64,000 nt of DNA from positions 165,543-229,542 of the forward strand of contig MU063882.1 in assembly GCA_013265495.1 (NCBI GenBank). Reading direction: 5' to 3'. A model generated the notes under the pieces. That model searched no databases. It was not told the DNA's origin and saw only the letters and a list, made by a program, of their open reading frames with translations. The position numbers were made by a program, and so were the translations under genes. The stretch is from Vicugna vicugna (taxonomy: Eukaryota). Below, in pieces: positions 1-11,975 of the stretch (position 1 is the stretch's first letter; each line of letters opens with the position of its first letter).

Positions 1-540
1 AGGTGCCCAACCTCATTAGTAATCAGGGAAATGCAAATTAAAGCCCTAATGAGATACGATTAAACACCTACCAGATTGGCAAAAATTAAAACATCTGATA
101 ATATCAAGTATTGGCAAGAGCACAGAGGAGTGGGAACACTTCACCACTGCTGATAGGAGTGTAAATTAACACAACTACTTTGGAAAAGGTACCAGGTGCT
201 ACCTAGTAAGTGAATACATACACATCTTACAATTGAGCAATTCCATTACTGGGTACATAGTCTGGAATAACTCTACATGTGAACAGGTCTACTAGCACAA
301 GGATGTTCACTGCGTTGTCTGTAAGGGTCTGAAACTGGGACAAATCATGCGAGCAGAATGAATAAATAAACTGCAGACAATGAGGAAATGCTTTGGGGAT
401 GATAATAAACAAGCTGCTGCTACAAGCAAAAACATGGATGAATCACATAAATACCATGTTGCATGACAGAAGCATGCCACATTTATATAAAGTTACAAAG
501 CTGGCAAAATGGAACAATTTTTTTTAGAGATGCATATGGA
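1..540 (+). mobile_element. Old L1 (L1M) ORF2-end/3'UTR fragment
   Basis: Typical L1 3' text (cattagtaatcagggaaatgcaaattaaa..., caattccattactgggtacata). Confidence 0.8.
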
Positions 541-550
541 AGACATAATC

Positions 551-757
551 CAGAGCTGGCAAACTATGGCCCCTGGGCCAGATCTGGCCACCATCTGTTT
601 ATGTATGTCCACAAGCTAAGGATGGTTTTACATTTTTAAACAACTGGGGGGAAAAAAATCAAAGAAGAGAAATACGTTGTGACACATGAAAACTACATGA
701 AATTCTAATTTCAGTGTCCATAAATAAAGTTGTATCGGAAGACAGACTTACCCCATT
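551..757 (+). mobile_element. hAT-Charlie MITE, MER58B-like
   Basis: cagagctggcaaactatggccc...ggccagatctggcc...atttcagtgtccataaataaagtt matches the MER58 pattern. Confidence 0.7.
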
Positions 758-826
758 AGGTACAAAATGATACAAATCCCACAGAAGGTGTTTTAGTAAT
801 ATTTGTTAATATTAAAAATTCATTTA

Positions 827-927
827 ACATGTATGTTCATGGATGACTGAAGCACTGTGCTGTACACCAGAAACTGATAACATTGTAAGCTGACTATACT
901 TCAATAAAATATATATTTATATGTGCA
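827..927 (+). mobile_element. Extremely 5'-truncated younger L1 3' tail with TSD
   Basis: ctgtacaccagaaactgataacattgtaagctgactatacttcaataaaa, flanked by AAAAATTCATTTA (814-826) and AAAAATGCATTTA (928-940). Confidence 0.65.
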
Positions 928-2130
928 AAAAATGCATTTACCCTTTGACCAGCAAACCCACTTAAAAATTATCCTATAAATACATCTGTCTGCACATGTA
1001 CAAACTTGTGTACACACACACAAGAATATTCTTTGTAGCACGGTTTACTAGAAGCCATATTATCTACAGGGAACTGGTTAATAATCTACGGTATATCTAC
1101 ATAATAGAAAAAGAGTGAGAAAGTTCTCTCTATATTCATATGAAAAGACAGATTTCCAACTATACTAAATGAAGAAAAGCAAGGTATAAAATAATGTATA
1201 TAGAACATTATTTTTGTAAAAATAGAGGAGAGAAGGATTCATTTAAAAGAGTAGAAGGACTCATAATGAGAGCAAAAATTCACAGGGTATATATCTTTAT
1301 ATCATTTTTAGTTTTGAACTCTGTACATACGTTATCTGATTAAAAATACATGAAATTAAAATAAAGTAACAGGCATGTACTAGAGAGAATAGTCATTGCT
1401 CTTAACCGCCCACGCTGACTGATGGATAAGAGGTGAAGGGAGGTAAAGGGAGGAATTAAAGGTGACTTGTAACTATGTGACCCCATTGTTTGGGGGGCTG
1501 GCGATGGGAAGGGGGCTGGGAAGGACTTTGTGATGTTCCAACAACATAGAAATGAGCCACAGCTCACACAAAACACGTTACTGAGAAGTAGGGTTCTGTT
1601 AATTTCTCTTGTCACCCTCTTGGCTTAGGAATGTCTCCTCTGACTGTTTCATGATGCAACCAAGTTGTATCAGTTAGGGTTTGGGCTGTGATGAGCAGCA
1701 GGGAGCCCAGAGGTGTGGGAAATTCTCACAAAGGACCCCAAAGGGAAGGTGACTGTCCGGGACAGAGTTAGAGCTGCAAGGACCAGCTCTCCTCCTCATC
1801 AAGAGATTCTTTCTTCTATGCCAAACTTGGAGGATCTAGAATTTATTTTGATTAAAGGTTGTGGCACTCCCTTTCCCTGCTATGCAGGGCCCACGGTGCT
1901 GCTGTGACAGTGAGCTAAGCCAGTGCTAAAGGACCCTACATGGCTGTGACATTGACAGATGCTTTGCCCAATGGCCCCAGACTAAAGCAGTCAGGGGACA
2001 GGGGTGCCTTCTTGTTTCTCCCCGCCAGGGAACTTGATCAGCGGCTCTTATCAGAAAGTCTTAAGCAATTTATTGGCCAGTGATCAGGTTAGTGGCAACA
2101 TGTATATTTCTCAAAGAAAGGTTCACTCAC

Positions 2131-2277
2131 CCCCTGCCCTAGACAGGCCAGTGCAGGAATCACTTTCTCCTGGGCGATGCACTGCAGGATCCGGGGTGCT
2201 CCATAGAGGCCTCCCATACAGGAGGCCAGGGACGAGATGTATAAGCCCAAAAGGAACAGGAAGCCCACTAGGGACAC
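2131..2277 (-). CDS. SLC12A8: SLC12A8 coding exon (147 bp, phase 0-0; about exon 9 in human numbering): [49 protein letters not shown]
   Basis: Acceptor ttcctcacacag|GTG and donor GGG|gtgagt. Contains the CCC-family motif SSxASxxGAPRILQ(C/A)IAxxxxIP. Confidence 0.97.
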
Positions 2278-2467
2278 CTGTGTGAGGAAGCAGTTTCATT
2301 ATCCAACGGCAGAACCCATTTATGCTCCTCTCTGCTCCCCTGGCACCCACCCGCCCACACCCCATCTCTTCTGTCCCCCAGATTCAACACACTAGACGTA
2401 TCTTCAATCCCCTCAGTCCCTCCCCACTTCATTCCCCCCACCACTATTTCAGCTTGGCCCACCACCA

Positions 2468-2655
2468 TAGAGGTTCTCAAATTGAATGGGCATCAGACTC
2501 ATCTGAAGTGCTTGTTAAAACACAGATTTCTGGGCCCCACCTCAGAGTTTCTGATTCAGTAGGTCTGGGGTAGGCCCCAAGATTTTGGATTTCCAACAGG
2601 TGCCCAAGGGATGCTGATGAGAACGGCCTGGGGACTATCCTTTGAGAACCACTGG
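2468..2655 (+). mobile_element. MER5A (hAT-Charlie)
   Basis: gttctcaaa...gattctgattcagtaggtctgggg...tttgagaaccactg. Confidence 0.8.
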
Positions 2656-2689
2656 CCAACGACAATGCGAAGTGGCTTAGCTCTGCCAA

Positions 2690-3142
2690 CAATGAATCAT
2701 CCCCAAGCCCCTGCCAGTGTGACCTGAACTCACATCTGATCATAATGCCCCTGCTATAGAAATATCAATGGCTCCCCACCGCCCTACACACCTGGTCCTT
2801 CCTGGTCTCTGACTCTTCTAGCCCCACACCTTGCACACTCAGAGTCTTATGAGCATGATTTCTCTGCCTGCTAGAACCCTCTGTTCACATCCCTGATCTA
2901 CACATTGTCTGTCTCCCAACTGTGCTTCAAGACTCAGCACAAACCTTCCCTCCTCCAAGAGGCCATCCCCAGCCCCTCATGTCAGTGGGTGCTCCTCAGG
3001 GCTCCCCTGTACCTCAACATCAGATTGGGGAGCACCAAGCACACTGTCTCCTCGACTGGTTTCATTTCCACAGGGCTCCAGACTAGTTCATCCAGGTACA
3101 TTTAGTGCCAACACAGAAATATAAAAGCTGAATGAATGAATG
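2690..3142 (+). mobile_element. L2 3' fragment
   Basis: Pyrimidine-rich L2 3' text ending in the tgaatgaatgaatga tail. Confidence 0.7.
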
Positions 3143-3564
3143 AGATCCATGACCCGTATGGCCCACAAGGCACCAATAGATAGGATAAGAGAAAGGAGTG
3201 TTGTTCTGCTTTGGGTCAACCTACAGAAGATCCGTGCTGCTGGCCACCCACTCACCCTCCTAAGCAGGACCTCATCTGTACCCACAGGGAAGGCTCTCTG
3301 CCTTCTTGAGTATTTGAGGTGCCTTCTCCTTTCCATTTACATTAGGTAAATGGCCCCAACTGTGTATTCTAAGTGCTCATTTATCCAAATATTACAGAAG
3401 AGTTAGATTTAATTCAGCTTTGTCACTTACATCTTCTCCATGAAGACTCACCTCACCCCATTTTTTACTTCCTTGCTTTAGCAATGCACCAGGTCAATGG
3501 CATCAAGGTACACTGAACACTGCCTAGACCTCTTTCCTGGCCCATAAATTATCACCAAAAAACT

Positions 3565-3990
3565 GCATCAGTCAGGATTCTTGGCTGGAATTTTTTTTTT
3601 CAAGAATATATTTGTAAGATACTGGAGGTTCACAGAATTATCAGGAGGCTGAAAGATCAGGCTTGGAAAAAGGCAAGTCCCAAGCCCAGAGGCACATTCA
3701 GACTCCTGACAAGGAGAAGTTTGGCCAAGATGCTACCAGCCCTGCAGATGAATGCTCACTAGCTCTTTATCTCTGCCTCATTCATAATATTTGGAGCATC
3801 TCATGCGCCCAGCCTTGGTCTCATGCCCTACCAGGGCCACAAAGGGACAGGCAAGAGTCTGGTCATTTGGGCTCCTGTGATATTAAATGGGGCTCACTCC
3901 CCTCAAGACCACACATAGGTGGAATCACCCCCAACTGGTCAGGGAGGCGAGAGGTTTGATGGATAAGACTACGCTCCACTAGACAGCCTA
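3565..3990. mobile_element. Decayed MLT1-type (ERVL-MaLR) LTR
   Basis: Begins tgcatcagtcaggattcttggctgg and contains cttggtctcatgccc; subfamily not resolved. Confidence 0.45.
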
Positions 3991-4559
3991 TCTTGTCCTT
4001 AATTCAGTGTGGATTACTTCTCCCTAAATGCATTACCTCATCTTTATCTCCAGTGAATCTTCCCTCTTTTCTTCAATGTCATGGATTTCTTATGTCCATT
4101 CCACCCCACCCTTCTTACTGCTTTACCACTAGGAGAAATCCATGTCACCTAAGGTTTCGCTCACTTTATTTGTGTGCTCTGATGGCATGCTACTCTCTAC
4201 CCCGTGGTACAGTTAATTACACTCATGGCCCATCCTGCCAGCATGCCACATGCCTGTGTTTCCTGCATCCTGCCCCCTCCCCACCGCACCTAACAGTCTG
4301 GCAAACGGATCAGCAAGTGCCAGCTGACGTCGTAAAGCTTCATGTCTTCACTGGGATTTGTGCCCTGGCCTGGCCGACTTACAAAACTGTTAGATAAACT
4401 GGCCCCAGTATCAGTCCCGGATCCGTCCTAAGATACAATCATTCATCTATAACCTTTGTTTGTCTTCTCCACCAAATGCATCCTCTGTTGACTATTTTTT
4501 TTAACGGACTCTGTGATGACATTTTATCAAAAGCTTTTTGAAAATTTAACTCTGTAGTT

Positions 4560-4700
4560 CTCCACTCTGGCCATAAATACGAGTCACCCCTGAGATTCTG
4601 CTTTAATCAGTATAGAGTGGGGTCCTGACATGGTTGATGTTGCAAAAGCCCTTCAGGTGATTCTAATGTGCAGTCAGGGTGAAGGCCACCGGCTATAGCA
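4560..4700 (+). mobile_element. MER5B-like fragment
   Basis: gagattctgctttaatcag...caggtgattctaatgtgcagtcaggg. Confidence 0.6.
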
Positions 4701-6826
4701 GTGTCTTCACTGCCTCCTCCCCGCAGAGGATTCTCCAGCACAGGCAGGCATGGTACCTCCTCGCAGAAATGTTACTGCTTCTTATCCAAACAGTTACAGA
4801 CATTTGAGTTAAAAAAAATTCTTTTTCATTGATAGCCTGTCCATGTACAGTAGATATGAGAGGGCAGGAGACTGCCAGGCTGGCGTCCTTCCAGCGCTGG
4901 AACTACCTCAGGAACCTGATGACTCTCTGGCAGCAGAGACCACGCACAACACGGTGACCTTCATCCTGGCCAGCCTTCCCACGACACGCCCTGGGATTCC
5001 CGCAGAGCCCGTGGGCTGAGGGCCAGAGGGAGGCTCATCCAGGTGTAGTGACCGATGTCTAGTTCGTTCTCAATTATGTTTAGAATAGCCTGTTCACTTG
5101 TCCCTCTTTCATATAAAACTGTTATTCAGTCAGTTTTCTGAAAAATTAAAGAAATTCTGAAAAAAAAATGAAATGAAATGCTGGTCCTTGCGGTTGGCTA
5201 CATTAGAACAATTCCATTCTCCCTTCCACCTGAGCCCGGTCTCTTCTTTTCTGTCACCCATGCCCCTGTGGAAGGAGCACTGAGTGAGGACAGGTTAGAT
5301 GCCTGGCACAGGGCAAGGCTTTCCAGGTACACCAGTAAACTCCACAGCTTTGCTCCCGGCTTGCAGAATTTAATCACTTTCTGTATTTATAGGGGGCTGT
5401 AAACTTTCCACCAGTGCCAGTGGAGGTGGCAGTGAGAATCTATTTGAGCAGATGTGTGTCAACAGTTCTTCAGAAAAAAACAACAGGTGCCCTTCTGTCA
5501 TCCACCTGAGTCATCACTCTGCCTTTCTAAAATATTATCTGGGGTGTGAACTACCCTAATATCTCTTTTAGTAACTACTGAGGAAAATCATTAATTCGCC
5601 TCTCTATCCTTCGTATTTTATCTCAGGTCCCACTGGAGTTTCAGTCATTGCGAGATCCCACCGACCCACTGGCCGCTTGCTCCCTTCTCTTGAGGAATTT
5701 AAAGTCATTTCCAAGGTATACGTCCTGCCACATCTAATTCCTGTGGCCTCTTGACATTACCGAGGAGGACATCCTGAAACCTTTCCCACCCTAAATTCAT
5801 TCACACGTCAGTGTCTCAGCAGTTCCCTCGTTTCCTTCTGCAGACATGAGTTTTCTAATACTGTCCTCATTCCACAAGTGGACCGATGGCGCAACTTTCA
5901 GCCAAGGTTTCTCTCTCACTTGACAGCCACTGCCCATGAGGAAACAGAGCTGGCTTCTCCTCCCGAGAGGCAGGGCAGCAGATGGGCAGGCGGGCGGGGT
6001 GGCTGATGCTCAGCAGCTGGCGAGGCTCACCCGCCAGCCAGCAGCCCTGCCACCACAACGTCCCCTCACGCGCAGCTTGTGAACATGGGAAATTCTGACT
6101 GTCACATCCTAGAATGATTAGGGTTTACCCCGTGGGATACCCTATTTTTAACAAACGTGCTTTTAGGATCCTTGTCCTACTCAGTCTGTTCTTATTTTGC
6201 TAGTAGCAGGCCCAGGGCTCCTAAAATACTTAGTCTTTTTGATTTGTGATAAACTTTTTTTCCCTTGGGCTGCATACAAGTATATTCTGAAACAACTATT
6301 TAATCTATTTAATTTTACCCCTACTAGTACTTGCTCTTTATACAATTCTTTTTTCTATAACCGAATAATATTGGGATTGACATTTTTTTGTTTGGCTTTT
6401 CTTATTCAGTTAAACATGTGGATTCATAGGAAAAAAAGTCTCCCCCTTCAAAATGTGTCCTCTCCACAAGGGTGTCCCCTTAGGAGCATGTGGGGGAGAC
6501 AAAATGCAATAAGCACCCACTGTCTGCACCAGATATCATGCTTTACAGAGAGCACTTCAGAGTCACCGCAATGTCACTGGGTTTGTTAGAAAGCATAATG
6601 TTACGGAGACTGACCTCCTCCACAGCCAAGAAAACATTCCTCTGGGGTAGGGCTATAAAGTGAAGAGAAACTTCTGGGAGAGACTGTGGGCTGGGAAGCC
6701 AAATAATCAGAACTAGATCAGAGAAGCTGCAGGAAACCCAGAAAGAAACAGATGAACTGACCAGCTGCAGGTCAGTGGAAAGGAACGCAGGCAGGCAGCC
6801 CTGAAGAGAAGTGTTCTGACAGAAAG

Positions 6827-6846
6827 GAGAGAGAGAGAGAGAGAGA
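6827..6846. repeat. (GA)10 microsatellite
   Basis: Read directly from the sequence. Confidence 0.9.
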
Positions 6847-9209
6847 CAGAGTGAGAGAGCTCGCTTGAGAGGCGGATGTTGCCCAAACGTGAGACCCTCC
6901 GGGCACACAGACCAGACAGGGGAGCTCAGAGATGGGCCAGCTCAGAACCCAGGCCACAGTTAAGAAGTGACAGCGAGGTGACCAGTTCATTAACACCACA
7001 TAGGGGTGGGGAAGTCATATCAAGTGACCACCTAAGGAGACACACTTGCCCCTCCCAGCCTCTCACGCTGCCCCTCCCGGTCTCCACGTGCTGTGGGGAC
7101 AACTGTCTGTGGCCCGACTTCCTGCCTGAGTACGGCCCCTGCGACGGCAGCCCCGTCGACCCCAGGGAGGGACGCAGGAGGGCAGGAAAAGAGAAACACG
7201 GGGTCCCGGCTTTGGGGGGAAATCCGAGTGGGCCCCTTTGTGAGGGGACACAGGGGGCAGCCTACCAGGGCACTACTCTCGTGGAATCGGCCTGGTTGGT
7301 TCCGTCCCTGTCCCCTTACTTGCTGCGCCAGCCCCTGCATGCTACAGAGAATCCAGAACCCTGTCTTATCTTTCTTTTAAAGGCTTTACAACTGCCTGTT
7401 CCAGGAACCAGGCCCTTTTCCTCTCCAAAAACCAACCCTCCACCTCTTACCGAGTGTGCATGTAATGACACTCCCACACGTTACTGCCAGGCAGGGTTCA
7501 GCAGGTGCCCCCCACCAGCAAAGTCCTTGCCAGCCTACCGTTTTACTATCTGGGACAGACGGCATTTCAAACAAGCCCCCCTGCCCGGGTCATGAATCTA
7601 CTACTAGTGGTGGAATTTCCACCCACAAAGTCTCGCCCGTGCCGTCCTGGAGATGCTCTTACTCTCTTGCCGTTGTGGCCTCCCTTGGACAGAGGCTGCC
7701 TGCCCTCCCACGTGCCCACTCCTAGCTTCCCTGCAAAGCCAAGGAAGGAGCCAAGAGAGCGGCCCTGACCCAGGAGACCATCTGCCTCCTTCCATCCGGA
7801 TCAGAGTCTCTGAGGCTTGAAAGGAGCTCCGTGGGGGACCCCACCAGGAAGAGCCGGCTCCAGAAGGGGCAGAGCTAGCTGGCCACCAGCACACTGCAGA
7901 CAGCAGCCAGGAGCTCCCTCGGTCCAAGGGCCAGCTGCCCGAGGAGGCCTTTAATCCCTCTAATGCAGCCAAGCTTTTCATTCCACAGTAACAGAAAAGG
8001 CCCCCGGGAGATGAAACACAAGACGGCAGCCAGCACAGAGGTATAAACGAGGGATACTGATTCCTGCCCTGAGGGTAAACCTTGTTCGTTGTGGGGAGGG
8101 TGGGGGGGTCCAAGACCTTGGGCCCTGGGGGGTGGGTGTCAGTGCTCTCACTACCTGAACTGCTCCCCCTTTCGAAGCCTGCTTGCATGGTAAGGCCAAG
8201 ACCCCAGAAAACACCAGCGTCTACATGCCTTAAAAAGAAACCTGTGCTAATGTGAAAATCAAGCCCAAATGGAGCTCTAAAAAGTAAGCTTAGAGTTTCT
8301 GGCCCGGGCTGCCCCAGCAGTGCCCCTCCATGCATCAGCAAGGCTGCTTTGCAAGGTCTCACAGCAAAGAAAAGGGTACTTTCTCCCCAAAACGAGCAGC
8401 GATACTCAGGAGTTAACTAAGAAAACCTCCCGAGCCTACCACCTTGCTCTGACGAAGAACAGGAATTTCAGGGCCCACCTTCCCCCCGGGGAACTTAAAG
8501 GAAGGTAGGAGTTTTAGGGGATTTCCAGTAAAGTGCCTGGAAGTCTTATTCTCTTGGGTTCTCAAGATGCCAAACAAGAGTCCTTCACTGTTCCATGACC
8601 TCCAGCCTTTTAAGGGGCAGCTGTGGAACATGAGGAACTCACTAATCTTCTGCGGGCAGGGTGTCCGGCTCAGGAAACAAAGATACTGCAGCCAAACCCA
8701 CCCGGGCCACCTCGTGGGGAGCCGAGGGGGCAAGGGGCCTCTGGCCCTGCCTCCTCCAGGCCTTCACCTGGGCGCTGGGCTTCCTCCATCTCACTCCACC
8801 TGGCCGTCCTCTTTTCCATCTACCAGCCTCCCCATTCTTACCAGTTTCTTGTGAGCAGCACTGTCTTCTCACAGTGGAAGGGGAGGCTATCGGCAAAAAT
8901 GAAGAGCTGCTCCAGCTGGGGATTTTGGGTGACCAGAGTCTTTGTTTCTGCCCTGATTTTTGACATGAAGAGATGCTTGTGTCCTCATTATTATTAGTCA
9001 CCTGCATGCATGTACCTTTGTTACCTGGGTCTACAGAGCCACACGAAGGACCTGTACGTTTTCCATGGTTTTGGCCCCCGTACTTCAGTCCCAGGCCCAA
9101 GGCCACATGGACTCCCAGGCAGGGCTGCCAGGGGAAGGCAGCTATTGCTGCTCAGAACCAATCAATGGCCCAGAACCTAAGCCCACCGGGCAGTGCAGGA
9201 CTCACCCAC

Positions 9210-9297
9210 CTTTTCTGCTATCAGGAAGTCATAGCGAAGGGCCTCTCGGGTGCAGATGGCGCCGAGCAGGAAGACAAAGACTATGTATAGAAACCAC
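9210..9297 (-). CDS. SLC12A8: SLC12A8 coding exon (88 bp, phase 2-0): (S)[29 protein letters not shown]
   Basis: Acceptor gggttttttgcag|GTG and donor AAG|gtgggt; phase matches both flanking exons. Confidence 0.97.
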
Positions 9298-10364
9298 CTG
9301 CAAAAAACCCAAAAGCAGAACAGAGCTCCCACATGACTTCGCTCAGCCTGAGGATTCCCACGGGGACCTGTCCCAAAGGGAGGAGACAGGCCCACCATGA
9401 GGCCTCCCCAGCTCATCTGGGCAAACTTTCAGTACTCTTTCTCCTCTAGTGTATTTCCTATACAGCATATAGATATATAAACACGTCACTATTTTGCCTC
9501 CTTCTTACATTATGGAGAAAAACACACAGAGGCTGCAGGGATGGGAGTGGCCCACCTGGCCTAGGGGTGGCCCAGATGCAGGCCAGGCTTGCCCGGCAGC
9601 CCCACACCATCATCCTGATGCAGAAGAACAAGCTGACAATCTTTCAGGCCCTGAAGTCCTGCTGTTCCTTGGCCCCTAGGTGACAGAGAGCCAAGCCAAG
9701 TGTGAAAAGGCCAGCAGTGACCTGGCTCTGCCCCCAGATGCCCTGTGACCTCGAACAAGTCACATGATCCCTGTGGCTTCATTCCCATCTGGGCAGGGGG
9801 AGGAGGGGCCAAAGGTTCCTCTGGTGGCTTCCCAGCTACGACAAAACCAAGGCAGGGCCCTTTCTTTCCTTTCTTTCCCCACACCAGACTCTAACTCACT
9901 TTCTCTCTCTCTCTGTCCCTGGGCATCATTTTCTTAGCACAAAATAGACAGGTGCCGTGTGCATGGCTTAGGAGCAACAGTGTACAACAGTTAAAAGCAA
10001 ATTCAGCATCGGTGAAATCGACATATTAGCATGTTTTAAACATCACAGTTAAAATAACACACTTTAACCCTTTTGGGCCCTTGTCATGTCTGGGGTCTCA
10101 TTACCTTTCATGCCCACCCAGTGAAGGCAGAGGAGCTTCTTCCAGTGGAAGAGAGAGGAGACAGAAGATTCTAGCAAGTCAGAAACAGGCCCAAGGCACC
10201 CAGCCTGCTCCCATGGGTGGCACAGTCTGAACTAAACCAAGGAAGCCTGCCAGCCCGGCGGCAGTGCAGGGGAGGCGCTGGGGGACGAGGAGAGCCGGCC
10301 TTTGAGTTCCTACTATGCGCCTTTACACACAGTGTCTCCCCTGCAGTCTATGGGGCACACATTT

Positions 10365-10500
10365 TCTCATCATCCCATTTTACAGAGAAAAAAAAGGAGG
10401 CTTAGAGAGTTAAGCAAATTCCCTGAAGTCATGCAGCCAACTAGCAGCAGAGCTGGGACACAAATCCTAGTCTGTCTGATTACAAAACTCTACCTCTTTA
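10365..10500 (-). mobile_element. MIR SINE
   Basis: cccattttacagag...gaggcttagagagttaag...gaagtcatgcagc core. Confidence 0.75.
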
Positions 10501-10847
10501 TAGTCCCTGCAATGATCCTTGAAACTCAATGGTTACAAAAGCCCCAAGTTCAGAAGGGGGTGGGGCAGGAGGCCGAGGAAAAAGGAAAGAAAGGATTCGA
10601 CCTGCGATCTGCAATCTGCATTAAGGCGACCCTCCTCCTCACCGCATTCCCAGGCAGGGGGTATGAAAGGGCAATCGTCTGAACCCACCAGACGTGGATT
10701 TTCCAGCTGGCTGAGTGTTAATAGGAGGATTGGAATATAGAATAGATTGGTCACAGTCAGGGCACTCTTAGAACAAAAGGAGCAATCCCTTCTTCTGCCT
10801 GGGGTTTTCTCTCCTCTCTCCAGCTGACTGCCACAAGGAGGACTTAC

Positions 10848-10935
10848 GAGATGCCAACAGCTGCGAGGGAGCCCAGGGGGATGCTGGCAGCAGGCTCCCT
10901 GAGGTCGCCCCCCATGTTGAAGCCGGCCATGACTC
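10848..10935 (-). CDS. SLC12A8: SLC12A8 coding exon (88 bp, phase 1-2): (G)VMAGFNMGGDLREPAASIPLGSLAAVGI(S)
   Basis: Acceptor gtgtcttttcag|GAG and donor CTC|gtaagt. Contains the CCC motif G.MAG.N..GDL..P..SIP.G.L.A. Confidence 0.97.
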
Positions 10936-11597
10936 CTGAAAAGACACCCAGACGGAAGAGAGGGGTGAGCGGTGTACTCCATGAACCACCTTGCCCTCCT
11001 TGGGGCCCTCTCCTGAAGGAGATTCCAGGGCAAGCCCTCCCATCGGCAGCTCTGCAAACTGCACTTCTCAATCTCCCCTGGCAACGGGGGAGGAATCCTT
11101 AGGGCGGGCATGAAAGGGACCTTTGTGGGTTGGGTGATGCTGGAGAGGACAGCCCTACCAGCTACAAAAGCATCTATGGCCCAGTGCAAAATAGTGAGAG
11201 CCAGAGGCCATCTGGCAGGCCACACAAAGGTCCTGAGGCCACATGCTGAGCTCTGAGCTCTACCATCCTGCTGGGCAACGCCCAAGAGACGCTCAGACTT
11301 AGCAAAATGCCCGTCACCACCTGCTCAGCAGAGTTCCTCTCCTCTGCTGCCTGCAGACTACACTGGGGCTCAGGGGTCCTGGGGGGTACATCCCACCCAA
11401 TATTCAGAGCCAGTGGCCACATTCAAAGCTCCTGAGCTGCCAAAGGACTCTAACAAACTGCAAAGAACCATCCCAATGCCACCAGCACTGAGTGCCAAGT
11501 TCCTCTTCATCATCAACTCCATTCTCCATGAATGCTCACTAAAGCAGCTAGTCATGACAGGGAGGGACAGCACAGTGTGAGATGGTGAGGACATCAC

Positions 11598-11599
<2 letters not shown>

Positions 11600-11635
<36 letters not shown>

Positions 11636-11639
11636 ACAC
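11600..11639. repeat. (AC)n microsatellite, about 20 units with one interruption
   Basis: Read directly from the sequence. Confidence 0.95.
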
Positions 11640-11809
11640 GAAACCAATAAGACGTGTTCCGAACATCAAATGCAGGTCCAGCCCACATGTGCTCTACAAG
11701 CCTCACAGCAGGGTGGTGCATCTCAATGTGGCCTTGAAGAAAGATGTACGTGGGCTTAGGGAGAAGAATGGGTCTAACCCCATCATTATGGATTTATGAA
11801 CACTTTGCA

Positions 11810-11975
11810 CCCAACAGGGCCTGTGCTAAATGCTTTTCGGGAATTTTTATCTTGTTTAACCTTTGCAACTATCACACGAGAAAAGCAGAATTATTTCCCC
11901 TATTTTACAGAAAAGGAAACTAGTGCTAAATGAGGTTAATTAAAATAGCCTAAGGTCACACATTTAGTAAGTGGT
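11810..11975 (-). mobile_element. MIR SINE
   Basis: ccctattttacagaaaaggaaactag...cctaaggtcacaca core. Confidence 0.7.

Noticed and set aside
6876-8362. Long ORFs (239 aa plus strand, 252 aa minus strand)
   Set aside because: GC-rich, Pro/Gly/Ser/Arg-rich translations with no recognisable domain, overlapping ORFs in many frames and no splice logic; expected by chance.
10933-10938. NAGNAG-like tandem acceptor (cag|GAG)
   Set aside because: GAG is a very poor distal acceptor; no support beyond the pattern.
10533-11285. 250-aa minus-strand ORF over the exon at 10848-10935
   Set aside because: It is in a different frame from the true exon and has no recognisable homology.
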